A stretch of DNA of 64,000 bases from Octopus sinensis (Eukaryota): contig NC_043003.1 in the NCBI RefSeq assembly GCF_006345805.1, positions 14,322,001 through 14,386,000 on the forward strand. The letters are read 5' to 3'. Positions 27,720-41,194 of this stretch are shown here, one piece after another; within the stretch, counting starts at the first letter, position 1, and each line of letters begins with the position of its first letter. A program made the translations under genes and the position numbers. The notes beneath the pieces were generated by a model that searched no databases, was not told where the DNA came from, and saw nothing but the letters and a program-made list of their open reading frames with translations.

Positions 27720-28689
27720 TTAACCCATTCGATACCAACTTGGCTGAAACCAGCTCTGGCTCTGTAGTACAAATGTCTCGTTTTCATAAATTCTGAATTA
27801 AAATCTTCCATCAAGCCTTAGTCACAATTTATTTTCCTAAAACTAGCATAATGATTTTACTAAATTCTTTGTTATATTTAAAATTAATTGAAAGAAACAC
27901 AGAGCATCTCAACAGAAATATGGTAACAAAAGGATTAAAATATATAATAGAGAAACAATTCTTAACCCTTTCGATACCAGCCCAGCTGAAACCACCTCTG
28001 GCTCTGAGTACAAATGCCTTGTTTCCATAAGTTTTGAATTAAAATCTTCCACCAAGCCTTAGTCACAATTTATGTTCCTAACTCTAGCTTAGTGATAACT
28101 AAGTTATTTTACTAAATCCTTTGTTACATTTAAAATTAATTGAAAGAAACACAGAGCATCTCAACAGAAATATGGTAACAAAAGGATTAAAATATATAAT
28201 AGAGAAACAATTCTTAACCCTTTCGATACCAGCCCAGCTGAAACCACCTCTGGCTCTGAGTACAAATGCCTTGTTTCCATAAGTTTTGAATTAAAATCTT
28301 CCACCAAGCCTAGTCACAATTTATGTTCCTACTCTAGCTTAGTGATAACTAAGTTATTTTACTAATCCTTTGTTACATTTAATTAATTGAAAGAAACACA
28401 GAGCATCTCAACAGAAAATATGGAACAAAAGGATTAAAATATATAATAGAGAAACAATTCTTAACCCTTTCGATACCAGCCCAGCTGAAACCACCTCTGG
28501 CTCTGAGTACAAATGCCTTGTTTCCATAAGTTTTGAATTAAAATCTTCCACCAAGCCTTAGTCACAATTTATGTTCCTAACTCTAGCTTAGTGATAACTA
28601 AGTTATTTCACTAAATCCTTTGTTACATTTAAAATTAATTGAAAGAAACACAAAGCATCTAAGAATAAATTCGATAACAAAAGGGTTAA
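27720..28689. mobile_element. Tandem array of four piggyBac-like MITEs
   Basis: Each unit is TTAA-CCC(T/A)TTCGATACC...TAACAAAAGG(G/A)-TTAA; period about 250 bp. Confidence 0.8.
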
Positions 28690-29311
28690 GGCATATTTGC
28701 TAATTGCTAAAGTATAATTTGTTCATTATTTACATTATTTACATTTGACGGATATTTGTCCTCATCTTGTATATTTGCTGTATATTTGCTTATGTTCTGT
28801 TCCATTTAAATGAGAGTTATGAAGTGTTGCAAATCACTAAGGAGTGTCTATATGTATGACTCGGGGTATCTGTAATGAACAGTGTTTCAAAAACAACTCT
28901 GGTGCATTTGTCCTTAGAGACAGTGAAAAGAAAGAAGCCCGAAAAAGTACAACTATGTGAAGTTGTTCATTCTGAAGAAATATGAGTTGAATAGTTAGGG
29001 ATTGGCTGCCTAAAAAGGGGGACCCATCATTCAAACTTAGCTTCAATATCGTTGGGAAAGCTATTAAGGAAACTGAAGGCAGAGAAAATAGCAGATTTAT
29101 CTAGTTGTTGAGATGTTAAAAGCATCAAGCAATGTAGGTCATGCTATAGTGACTCGCTTAGTTAATCAGGTAAAGAAAGAATATTTTATATCTCAAATAA
29201 CTGACATAGCTGTATCACTATTAACTGCTACAAGTACAAAGGGTATATACTGCAAGAAATTCTACATCATCTTTTGTATACTCGTTGCTTGCACTGAACA
29301 CTGAGTACACA

Positions 29312-29950
29312 ATACATTATTTACATTTGACAGATATTTGTCCTCATCTTGTTTGTTGTTAACGCAACATTTCAGCTGATATACTCTCCAGCCTTCATCA
29401 GGTGTCTTGGGAAAATTTCAAACCTGGGTTCTCAATCCTAAGGTATTTTTTGATAATGATGATGATGATGGTGATGATGATGATGATGTTGTTGTTGTTG
29501 TTGTTGTTGTTGTTTTTGCCCATGGGCAATTATGGAGTGGATTTTAGGGCTTATAAATCTAATATTTTCCTATCCTTCCTTAATACTGGTTCCAATATGC
29601 TATTCATATCTGCACTCGGTCTGCTTCTTTTAGTTTTCGTATTTTCCAGTGGTGTTCTCTGTCTATTATTTTAACTTCATCCCAGAGGAAGAGGTGGTCT
29701 CCATTTTTCCATACATGATCAGCTATACCCGATTTATCAATATCTCCTCATGCCATAGCTTTGCGATGTTCCTCTACCCTTATTTTGAGGGGGTGGCATG
29801 TTTCGTCTTTGTATAACCTATCACAGCTGCATGGGATGGAGTAGACACAGTTGTGTTAACAACAAACAAGACGAGGACAAATATCCATCAAAAGTAAATA
29901 CTGTAAATAATCTAAATAATGTATATAATTCCTCATCTCTTAAATATAGA
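29312..29950 (-). mobile_element. Penelope-like element fragment: GIY-YIG endonuclease remnant, hammerhead, inverted 5' arm, 12-bp target-site duplication
   Basis: NCVYSIPCSCDRLYKDETCHPLKIRVEEH...SGIADHVW...RKLKEA at about 29615-29852; hammerhead at 29361-29406; ACTGAGTACACA at 29300-29311 and 29951-29962. Confidence 0.9.
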
Positions 29951-30063
29951 ACTGAGTACACAGTGTTGAGATCCCAGCTAGTCCATTAAAAAGAAATTTT
30001 TTTTTAACATATTTCTCTCTTAGTACTCTCCCTACTCCAAAGAAGGCTTTACTGGGGTATTAT

Positions 30064-30098
<35 letters not shown>

Positions 30099-30149
30099 GT
30101 AACACTTGGGCTTTTTTAACTCTTGGTTACGCTTCCACATCACATGGAA

Positions 30150-30365
30150 GCATATGGTTTAGTGGTTGGACTCATGATCGTAAAATTGTGGTTTCGATCC
30201 CTGAACCGGGCTACATGTTGTGTCCTCGAGAAAAACACTTCATTTCATATTGCTTCAGTCCACTCAGCTGGCATAAGTGAGTAATCCTGTGATGGACTGG
30301 CATCCCATCCAGGTGGGGAATATTTACTCCATGGAAACCAGAAAACCAGCCCTTATGAGTCGGTA
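30150..30365 (+). mobile_element. tRNA-headed SINE with V-domain-like core
   Basis: B-box GTTTCGATCCC; CCTGTGATGGACTGGCATCCCATCCAGG resembles the V-SINE core. Confidence 0.6.
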
Positions 30366-30510
30366 TTAACTACATATACTTAATGTATATGCTTCATGTA
30401 TTTTCCAGTGGTTGCAATAGTGTGGTGGAGTATATACACTCTCAAAGCACTGAGTGTTAAAATATCTCAGGGTCATGGACAAACAAGATAACTCACCCTC
30501 AATCCCAATA

Positions 30511-30922
30511 TTTACCTCCACCAAGGAAGGAGGTTATGTTTTCATCAGCGTTGGTTTGTCCGTCTGTCCGTCTGTGTGCAAAATAACTAAAAAAAAAGTT
30601 CTGAACGGTATTTGATGAAACTTGCAGGAAAAGTTGGTAATGACACAAGGAACAGACGATGAAATTTTGGTAGTGATCTGGGAATTTTTATGGATTCTTG
30701 AAGGATTTTTTCATTTGTAATATTTACTTTACATGAAGTATTACAATGTTACGTTCTTTGATTATCTCCCTTGAAAACACGTTCATCCTTTCTATGTAAC
30801 CTATGGTGGCGTTGCTGTTTCCAAAGTTTATTTTCGTTTCTCTATTAGTAATTTTACTCACATATCTATCTTAAAATGAGCTGCTTGGCAGAAGTCTGTG
30901 CTTTCCAAGTGCTTTTCTAGTT
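30511..30922 (+). mobile_element. Helentron-associated (HINE/DINE-1-like) non-autonomous element
   Basis: Subterminal inverted repeats CCTCCACCAAG / CTTGGCAGAAG, (GTCY)n tract, 3' end CTAG-TT. Confidence 0.75.
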
Positions 30923-31253
30923 ATTATAGCAGAGCTGCTGTTACTTCATATGTAAATTTTCTCTTAGGTATGCAATTTCCAGGCATACCAGCTCATGATT
31001 TTACAAGCCATGAGCATATAAGTCCTTGGACTAGCTAGGTGACTTGCCTTCCACCCTAGTGAGTACGTGATGTTGACAGGCCACAAAACTGACAAAATAC
31101 CCGGTGTCCATCACTTCGAGATGAAACTGAGGGTAAGTTATCTCACTTTAACATCCATTGCTTTAAGATTGTATGTATTCTGCCATGCTATTTCAGCCAC
31201 AGGAAAATGCACAAAACTTAAACATGAAATATATGTAGTTGATAATATATATA

Positions 31254-31765
31254 CCGTAAATCCTCGATTATAATTTGCATTTTTCCCCCAAAATTTAAAG
31301 GTCAAAATCCCTAGTGCATATTATACACAAGGTTAAAAATGAAAATTATTTTCTAAGAAATGTCCGAGTCTCTATTTGCTGTCCGGCAATGTTTATTCAG
31401 ACGTATTTTGTGATGACGGGCGTGAAAATACCTTAAGCTAAGCCTGAAAGCAATGAAGTCATAAAAGAATCATCCATAACTTGCAGTAAGCAACATTTAT
31501 TAAACATTATTACTGTTATTTCTTTATTTTCTGCAAATAAAATGCACAAAAAAGCTACACGTTTGCATTATGTTATATATACAATAATAATAAGGGACGT
31601 TACCGTATACATTTTTACAAACCAAGGACGTTATATAGACTTTCTTGACTCAAGTTAGAGAAGGGGTGTGTGTTATACACAAGGTTTAGGTTTTCCAGAG
31701 GTACAGCCCCCTAAAAATCCCCTGTGTATTATACTCAAGGGCAGACTATACTCGAGGATTTACAG
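31254..31765. mobile_element. Tc1/mariner-superfamily (pogo-like) MITE
   Basis: TA-CCGTAAATCCTCGA...TCGAGGATTTACAG-TA; matches 2213-2735. Confidence 0.8.
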
Positions 31766-31789
31766 TATATATTTATAAATCCGTAAAAT

Positions 31790-32080
31790 GGAATAAGAAC
31801 ATAACAGACGACAATAAAAACATATGGACAGATAGATGATACAAAGATGGACAGGAAAAACCAGGATGGAATACTCGTGGCTTTCTTTCATCAGTCAAGC
31901 TTCCAATCATCATTACAGTTTCGGCCTGTTACACATGAGACTGTTCAAAATTGGTAGGCCCGAAAATTGGTAGGTCTCAAGTGTAACAGGCTGAAACTGT
32001 AATGATGATTGAAAGCTTGACTGATGAAAAAAAGCCACGAATGTTCCATCCTGGTTTATCCTGTCCCTCTTTGTATCATC
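31790..32080. mobile_element. Fold-back element with GAAAC-N23-CTGATGA motif
   Basis: Inverted arms at about 31835-31941 and 31974-32080. Confidence 0.65.
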
Positions 32081-32694
32081 AGAGGTAGCCAGTATGGAAT
32101 AAAATATGGGGACTGCTCTCTATTGTTGGAGGTGAAAAGACACATCCAGTTTGTGGAAAAGATGCACACAATTCCCACAAACACTTCATGATAGCTCTTA
32201 CCGACTTACAGCATAACCAGCCCAGAGGCAATGTCTCAGTACCAAGGGACAAAACTCTTAAACTAAATCCCCTACTTGGCTCGTTCCATCATCTTTTCAC
32301 AGTAACCACAAACTGGATGTGTCCTCTCACCTCCAACAATAGAGAGCAGTTGCCATATTTCATTCCATATTGGCTACCTCTGGTGAGCGTAGGGCTAAAT
32401 AATTGGATTGTTACCTAACATTCCATTGTAGCCCTTGTGCAAAACTGATTGGTAAGATCAGCCATGATGGATATATAATACTGTACACTTTGGATAATAT
32501 ACCTAATCTATTGACAGATATATAAGTGCATCTTTTTCCTGACTTAGGCCCATATATATATATATATTATATAGAGGGTACTATTATTCATAGGTACCGC
32601 ATGCTAGGAGGGACCTTTGCAGTCAAAACTACTAAAATAAACAAATTGTACCGAATGCAAAACTTCAAAGCAAGTCATTTAAAAACAGAATTTA

Positions 32695-32758
32695 GTTACA
32701 TATCACCTGTGATTTCGCAATCAATGCAGAATATGCATTCTATGCTCTTCAGTGCAAC
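32695..32758 (-). ncRNA. Type I hammerhead ribozyme (intact core)
   Basis: gttgcaCTGAAGA-GCA..TGC-GAAA-TCAC-ag-GTGA-TA-tgtaac: stems I, II and III all pair. Confidence 0.8.
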
Positions 32759-33402
32759 GAACTCAAGACATGTAAGAAAAAACACAAGATAGCATACCCG
32801 ACAGCCAACCGTAGAATTCGTTGTAGCATGTACGAATGTTTATCTTTACATATCTATGAAAATGGCGGGCTTATTTGCAATGCATTTCGGTAACAATTTG
32901 CGTATTCGGAACAAAAATTCAGTATTGAACTATTCCGGTGAAAAATATAAATTTAAAATAAAGGATAAAATCTTTATAAGAAATTATCAGTAGTTAGCGT
33001 GAAAAGTTTTGCATTCGGTAAAATTTGTTTATTTTAGTAGTTTTGACTGCAAAGGTCCCTCCTAGCGTGCGGTACCTATGAATAATAGTACCCTCTATAT
33101 AATATCAATAAATATTTTCAAAGTGGAAAATTACAGATTTTTTCTCTTACGAGATTTTTCACGCCAACTACTGATAATTTCTTATAAAGATTTTATCCTT
33201 AATTTTAAATTTATATTTTTCACCGGAATAGTTCAATACTGAATTTTTGTTCCGTATTGGCAAATTGTTACCGAAATGCATTGCGAATAAGCCTGCCATT
33301 TTCATAGATATGTAAAGATAAGCATTCGTACATGCTACAACGAATTCTACGGTTGGCTGTCGGGTATGCTATCTTGTGTTTTTTCTTACATGTCTTGAGT
33401 TC

Positions 33403-33466
33403 GTTGCACTGAAGAGTATAGAATGCCTATTCTGCATTGATTGCGAAATCACTGGTGATATGTAAC
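33403..33466 (+). ncRNA. Type I hammerhead ribozyme (intact core)
   Basis: gttgcaCTGAAGA..GAAATCACtgGTGATAtgtaac. Confidence 0.8.
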
Positions 33467-33904
33467 TAAATTCTGTTTTTAAATGACTTGCTTTGAAGTT
33501 TTGCATTCGGTACAATTTGTTTATTTTAGTAGTTTTGACTGCAAGAGTCCCTCCTAGCGTGCGGTACCTATGAATAATAGTACCCTCTATATAATATAAA
33601 TAAATATTTTCAAAGTGGAAAAATTTACAGATTTTTTCTCTTACGAGGTTTTTCACGCTAACTACTGATAATTTCTTATAAAGATTTTATCCTTAATTTT
33701 AAATTTATATATATATATATATATATACCATTATTATCATCGTTTAACATTCATTGTCCATGCTGGCATGGGTTGGACGGTTTGACCAAAGATGGCAAGC
33801 TGGAAGACTGTACCAGAATCTAGTCTGATTTGGCAGGGTCTCTATCGCTGGATACCCTTCCCAATGCCAACCACTGCAAGAGTGTAATGGGTGCTTTTAT
33901 GTAT

Positions 33905-34228
33905 GTGTGGGTAGAGTGTTGAGCTTACAATCGTGAGGTTGTGAGCTCGAATCCCGGACCGGGCTGCGCGCTGTGTTCTTGAGAAGGACACTTTATTTCA
34001 CGTTGCTCTAGTTCACTGAGATGTAGAAATGAGTAGTGACGTCACTGGTGCCAAGCTGTATCGGCCTTTACCTTTCCCTTGGGTAACACTGGTGGCATGG
34101 AGAGGGGAGGCCGGTATGTGTGGGCGACTGTTGGGCTTCCATAAACAACCTTGCCCGGACTTGTGTCTAGGAGGGTAACTTTCTAGGTGCAATCCCATTG
34201 TCTGTATCATGACCGAAGAGGGGTCTCA
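33905..34228 (+). mobile_element. tRNA-headed SINE with a distinct 3' body
   Basis: B-box GCTCGAATCCC followed by GTGTTCTTGAGAAGGACACTT block. Confidence 0.65.
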
Positions 34229-34237
34229 GATATCTAT

Positions 34238-34272
<35 letters not shown>

Positions 34273-34395
34273 GCGCGCGCACGAGAGAGAGAGAGAGAGA
34301 GATAAAACACAGATATATAAACATACATACATATATATTTGCATATACATGTATCTAGGTGTATATATATACATATATATATATATTTATATATA

Positions 34396-36243
34396 GTTAT
34401 CCGTAATAATGAAGGGTGAAATTAATTAATTTGGAATAATTATCAATTACACCAAGTAGTCTTCGGCATGTAAAAGCCTCATTCGAGGAAAATTTAAGTA
34501 ATACTAAGCAATAAAGGGTTTAGCAACGAATTGCCTTACCACATACTGAATTTAGAAATAGCAGTCAAAGAGTTATAGCTCTTCTTCTACTAAAAAGGGA
34601 GATCTCAGTAAAAACAGCAATTGAAGGCAGACACAAACAGGTAAGAGAGAATGAATTGACGGCAATCTATCATACAATTTTAAGTTATCTACGGACGCAC
34701 GTTTCGAAATCAAGTTTTTAGGAAAGCATAAGAATTAAATATTAAATAATTCTACCTTACCAAAACTTCTTTTCTCTTCAGCGGTAGAATACTATAATCA
34801 TAAATGATTATATATTGAATTTTGAGATACTAGAAGGCACCAACTCAACTCAGTATCAGAGCGAGCTAGAATCCGCAACTAGTATCACCAAATTCAATGT
34901 GTGAATGAAAAGATTGTGTCACCAGCCCCTTCCCACCCGTGTGTAGCCAAAACAAGATGCTGTGGTCATCTACTGAGATAAAATATGGTTATCCGTAATA
35001 ATGAAGGTGAAATTAATTAATTTGGAATAATTATCAATTACACCAAGTAGTCTTCGGCATGTAAATCCATTTTTTTCTGCAAAGCAAAATGTCTACAGCC
35101 TTTCTTTTCCATTTTTTATTACAGTTTTAGCTCACTTTTTTCCCTTTTGCCATCAGCTTTGACAAACGAAATGGAAACTGTGGAGGACAGCCAATCAAAA
35201 ATTTTGATGGTGACTCACATAATCAACACATGAACTAAAGCCTACTTTTTTTTTTTCCTTTTTTCCTTCTCGTTTTGTTTTAATTTTATCGCATATTGTG
35301 TATATCACAGGTAGTATTTGATTCTGTGCAGTATTTTAACCAAGATTGTGTCACCTTATTCGAGGAAAATTTAAGTAATACTAAGCAATAAAGGGTTTAG
35401 CAACGAATTGCCTTACCACATACCGAATTTAGAAATAGCAGTCAAAGAGTTATAGCTATTTCTTCTACTAAAAAGGGAGATCTCAGTAAAAACAGCAATT
35501 GGAAGGCAGACACAAACAGGTAAGAGAGAATGAATTGACGGCAATCTATCATACAATTTTAAGTTATCTACGGACGCACGTTTCGAAATCAAGTTTTTAG
35601 GAAAGCATAAGAATTAAATATTAAATAATTCTACCTTACCAAAACTTCTTTTCTCTTCAGCGTAGAATACTATAATCATAAATGATTATATATTGAATTT
35701 TGAGATACTAGAAGGCACCAACTCAACTCAGTATCAGAGCGAGCTAGAATAATAACCATATTTTATCTCAGTAGATGACCACAGCATCTTGTTTTGGCTA
35801 CACGCTGGTGGGAAGGGGCTGGTGACACAATCTTTTCATTCACACATTGAATTTGGTGATACTAGTTGCGGATTCTAGCTCGCTCTGATACTGAGTTGAT
35901 TTGGTGCCTTCTAGTATCTCAAAATTCAATATATAATCATTTATGATTATAGTATTCTACGCTGAAGAGAAAAGAAGTTTTGGTAAGGTAGAATTATTTA
36001 ATATTTAATTCTTATGCTTTCCTAAAAACTTGATTTCGAAACGTGCGTCCGTAGATAACTTAAAATTGCATGATATATTGCCGTCAATTCATTCTCTCTT
36101 ACCTGTTTGTGTCTGCCTTCCAATTGCTGTTTTTACTGAGATCTCCCTTTTTAGTAGAAGAAATAGCTATAACTCTTTGACTGCTATTTCTAAATTCGGT
36201 ATGTGGTAAGGCAATTCGTTGCTAAACCCTTTATTGCTTAGTA
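34396..36243. mobile_element. Hammerhead element cluster: 592-nt unit in tandem and fold-back arrangement
   Basis: Unit restarts at 34396 and 34988; inverted junction near 35750; hammerheads at 34689-34787 (-), 35568-35665 (-), 35957-36054 (+). Confidence 0.8.
35957..36054 (+). ncRNA. Type I hammerhead ribozyme with extended stem II
   Basis: ctacgCTGAAGA-GAAA..(~60 nt)..TTTC-GAAACGtgCGTC-cgtag. Confidence 0.8.
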
Positions 36244-36247
36244 TATT

Positions 36248-36279
<32 letters not shown>

Positions 36280-36332
36280 TGCACACACAACACACACACA
36301 CACATTTATATATGTAAATAAACTCATACATA

Positions 36333-36373
<41 letters not shown>

Positions 36374-37702
36374 GTACACACATGTATATATGTACATTTG
36401 CATGTATACTTTAAATAATACATGCATATATATTTGTATATTTGTATACACTTTTGTAATTGAAGCATATTTAGTGAGTCATACACACACATACACACAC
36501 ACACAAATACATATTTTTATTTATGCCCAGTCCAGTAATATCAAAAAGTTTATCAAAATTCTATTGCACATGTTAAGCAAGTCTGATAACTCCCTTTTCC
36601 TAATCCATATTTTTATCTGCAAAATGTCTACAGCCTTTCTTTTCCATTTTTTATTACAGTTTTAGCTCACTTTTTTCCCTTTTGCCATCAGCTTTGACAA
36701 ACGAAATGGAAACTGTGGAGGACAGCCAATCAAAATGTTTGATGGTGACTCACATAATCAACACATGAACTAAAGCCTAACTTTTTTTTTTCCTTTTTTC
36801 CTTCTCGTTTTGTTTTATCGCATATTGTTGTATATCACAGGTAGTATATTGATTCTGTGCAGTATTTTAACCAAGTATTCGTAGGCTAGGGAACAGCTTA
36901 AATTATGTGGTCTGTTGGCACTTTCACACTGAGTGGTTGACTCATCGAATAAGTCGGGCCTGCTTGCTCAAATTTTATTGATCAATCAATCAGTTAGCTT
37001 CCTGGCTGTGACCGTTTAGACTGTGTCAGATATGTCACCCAAGGATTAAGACTTGAAACACATCTGATTTGATTAGGCGGTGATTTATTCGTTATATTAC
37101 ACAGAAAGCATCACACAGATTCACTGTCGTACACAGAGATTTTTCCTCTTTTTTTCATTTCCTTATTTTATTTCAGATATATTTCTTCCACAGATCTAAT
37201 ATATTAAAATAGACATTGCTATCTATTTAAAAGCTTTCTGCAAAATTTCTTTTTAACATTCATGGTATTCTCTTAAAAAGATGTTCCCGCTATTATTTTG
37301 TAGATGCCAGCCGACTCAAAATAGAATACGCATGACACTCGAAAAGATATCGCCTGGACTGATAAACTTCAATTATATTTTTGTGTTTCTCCTTTAGACA
37401 TTCGCTTGTTGTTAAGTAGTAGTCAGTATTGGTTCTGTTTGAGCCAGAATTAGATGATAAAGACATCAAAAATGTGCAATATCCGTACGGATATGTATTA
37501 TGAATAAATTACTTAGAAGTGGAGTGAAAAAGTACCGAAGCTGCTAGTTAAAAACATGGTAGTTGAAGAAAACCAATTAAGATTTAAGATGATGCATTTT
37601 TGGCGAAGCAGATGAGATAGGCTTTGCAGATAGGCTACTGTAATGATGTTAGTGCAGATCTGTTTAATTCACAGTAACCGAGGAAAACGGAAAGAAAACT
37701 AG

Positions 37703-38084
37703 TGATGATGACGATGATGAGGATGACGATGACGATGATGATGATGATAATAGTAATAATAATAATAATAATAATTAATAATAGTAATAATAATAATAGT
37801 AGTAATAATAATAATAATAATAATAGTAATAATAATAATAACAATAATGATGATGATAATAATAGTAATAATAATAATAAAAATAAAAATAATAATAATA
37901 ATAATAATGATGATGATAATAATAGTAATAATAATAATAAAAATAAAAATAATAATAATAATAATAGTAGTAATAATAATAATAATAATATAATAATAAA
38001 ATAACAATAATGATGATGATAATAATAGTAATAATAATAATAAAAATAAAAATAAAAATAAAAATAATAATAATAATAGTAGTA

Positions 38085-38130
<46 letters not shown>

Positions 38131-38144
38131 TAATGATGATGATA

Positions 38145-38179
<35 letters not shown>

Positions 38180-38187
38180 TATAATAA

Positions 38188-38218
<31 letters not shown>

Positions 38219-38706
38219 AATAATAATAACTATAATGATAATAATGGTTTCAAATTTTGGTTTAAAGCCAGTAAGATCAGGGGAAGGGGTAAATCAGTTA
38301 CATCAACCGTGGTGCTCAGCTGGTACTTATCTAATCAACCCTGAAAGGATGAAAGGCAAAGTCAACCTTGGCAGAATGTGAAGACGGACAAAATGCTGCT
38401 AAGCATTTTGCCTGGCATACTAACACCTCTGCCAGCTCATTGCCATAATAATAATAACAACAATAATGATAATGATAATATTAATAATAATAATAATAAT
38501 CCTTTCTACTATAGGTACAATGCCAGAAATTTAGAGGGGTGCAGTGGATTAGATCGACCTCAGTATGCAACTGGTACTTAATTTATTGATTCCGAAAGGA
38601 TGGAAAGTAAAGTTGGCCTTGGCAGAATTTGAACTCAGAACAGCGACAAGCAAAATACTGCAAAGCATTTCACCTGATGTGCTAATGACTTTGCCAGCTT
38701 GCTACC

Positions 38707-38741
<35 letters not shown>

Positions 38742-38793
38742 CATAATAATAATAATAATCATAATGATAATAATAATAATAATAATAATAATA

Positions 38794-38825
<32 letters not shown>

Positions 38826-39475
38826 TAATCATAATAATAATAATAATCATAATGATAATAAATAATAATAATAATAATAATAATAATGAACTTCCAACTT
38901 GTCTCTTGAGGTCTCTGGGGGAGACTTGGAGCCAACTTGTACAAATGTAAAGCAAAAGTCAAACATAAAAGAATAATAATAATAACAATATGATTTCAAA
39001 GCTTTTCCATAAGGGCAGCTTGCAGGAGGGGATTAAGTTGATTACATCGATCTCCAGCATGTAACTAGTACTTATTTAATGAGTCCCGAAAGGATGAAAG
39101 ACAACGTTGACCTTGGTGGAATTTGAACTCAGAACATAAAGACAGACAAAATGCTTCTAAGCATTTTGTCTGGCGTGCTAACACTCTGCCAGTTCATTGC
39201 CTTAGTAATAATAATAATAAATAATATATAATAATAGTAGTAGTAGTAGTAGTAGTAGTAATAATTGTTCCAAATTTTGGCACATGGCCAGCAATTTTGG
39301 AGGCTGGTAAGTTGATTTCATTGACCCCAGTGTTCTACTGGTATCTATTTTATTGATCCTGAAAGAATGAAAGGCAAAGTTAGCCTCAACAGGATTTGAA
39401 CTCAAAACATAGCAATGGGTGAAATACTGCTAAACATTTTACCTGGCATGCTAATGATTCTACCACCTTGCCGCC

Positions 39476-39513
<38 letters not shown>

Positions 39514-39978
39514 CATAATAATAATAATAATCATAATGATAATAATAATAATAATATAATAAATAATAATAATAATAATAATATAATAATAATAATAATC
39601 ATAATAATAATAATAATCTATAATAATAATATAATAATAATAATAATAATAATAATGAACTTCCAACTTGTCTCTTGAGGTCTCTGGGGGAGACTTGGAG
39701 CCAACTTGTACAAATGTAAAGCAAAAGTCAAACATAAAAGAATAATAATAATAACAATATAATGATTTCAAAGCTTTTACCATAAGGGCAGCTTGCAGGA
39801 GGGGATTAAGTTGATTACATCGATCTCCAGCATGTAACTAGTACTTATTTAATGAGTCCCGAAAGGATGAAAGACAACGTTGACCTTGGTGGAATTTGAA
39901 CTCAGAACATAAAGACAGACAAAATGCTTCTAAGCATTTTGTCTGGCGTGCTAACAACTCTGCCAGTTCATTGCCTTA

Positions 39979-40011
<33 letters not shown>

Positions 40012-40275
40012 GTAGTAGTAGTAGTAGTAGTAGTAATAATTGTTCCAAATTTTGGCACATGGCCAGCAATTTTGGAGGCTGGTAAGTTGATTTCATTGAC
40101 CCCAGTGTTCTACTGGTATCTATTTTATTGATCCTGAAAGAATGAAAGGCAAAGTTAGCCTCAACAGGATTTGAACTCAAAACATAGCAATGGGTGAAAT
40201 ACTGCTAAACATTTTACCTGGCATGCTAATGATTCTACCACCTTGCCGCCTTAAATAATAATAATAATAATAATG

Positions 40276-40358
<83 letters not shown>

Positions 40359-40913
40359 TGCCCTGATGCAGTACCAGGCAGTGGCTCTCGTGGCTTCTGA
40401 TCTTGACTGATTGGAAGTGTTATCATGTACATTGTTTTGTCTTGGTATAAAAGATGGGCTACAGCAAATATTCTGCTCAATATCACAGATTTGCTTGTCA
40501 GTTGTTTGACCTTAACCAGTTGAGCATGTCCCTTAGTGGCTGACAATATGTGCATCTCTGATCACGAGCAGAATAGTGGGGGAGCATCATAGCCATGTGT
40601 TGAGAGGGATTCTTTGGGGTTTGGATAAATCACCTCTGGAAACATGGGTGTTTCATTCAACATCCTTAAACAATCCTTGTTCAGGGACCTTTTGAGCGGG
40701 ATGGGTCACTTGACCAGAAGAAAATTCTAACTGGGCCCCACCTGCAAGGTCATGTGCTGTTTATCTTGGTATGAGATCACCATGTTGCGCACATATGGTT
40801 GTGATGCATGTGCCGAGTGTACTCTTCTCAGACAGGTAGTCATGATGGGTATACTGGGCTTCGTATATTTAACCCCAGTGTAACTTTGATGGCATGCACT
40901 ACTCTATCACTTA

Positions 40914-40951
<38 letters not shown>

Positions 40952-41160
40952 CCTTTCTACTATAGGTACAATGCCAGAAATTTAGAGGGGTGCAGTGGAT
41001 TAGATCGACCTCAGTATGCAACTGGTACTTAATTTATTGATTCCGAAAGGATGGAAAGTAAAGTTGGCCTTGGCAGAATTTGAACTCAGAACAGCGACAA
41101 GCAAAATACTGCAAAGCATTTCACCTGATGTGCTAATGACTTTGCCAGCTTGCTACCTTA

Positions 41161-41194
<34 letters not shown>

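Larger units (their letters stand above)
32566..33710. mobile_element. Hammerhead element: inverted arm plus 1.4 tandem copies of a 492-nt unit, in (TA)n
   Basis: Unit restarts at 33004 and 33496; arm 32566-33005 is inverted. Confidence 0.85.

Noticed and set aside
27720-28689. CRISPR-like repeat-spacer look
   Set aside because: Units are about 250 bp with identical spacers; eukaryotic MITE tandem, no cas genes.
32526-33656. Duplicated 88/95-aa ORFs
   Set aside because: Antisense to the hammerhead unit, starts differ between copies, no recognisable domain.
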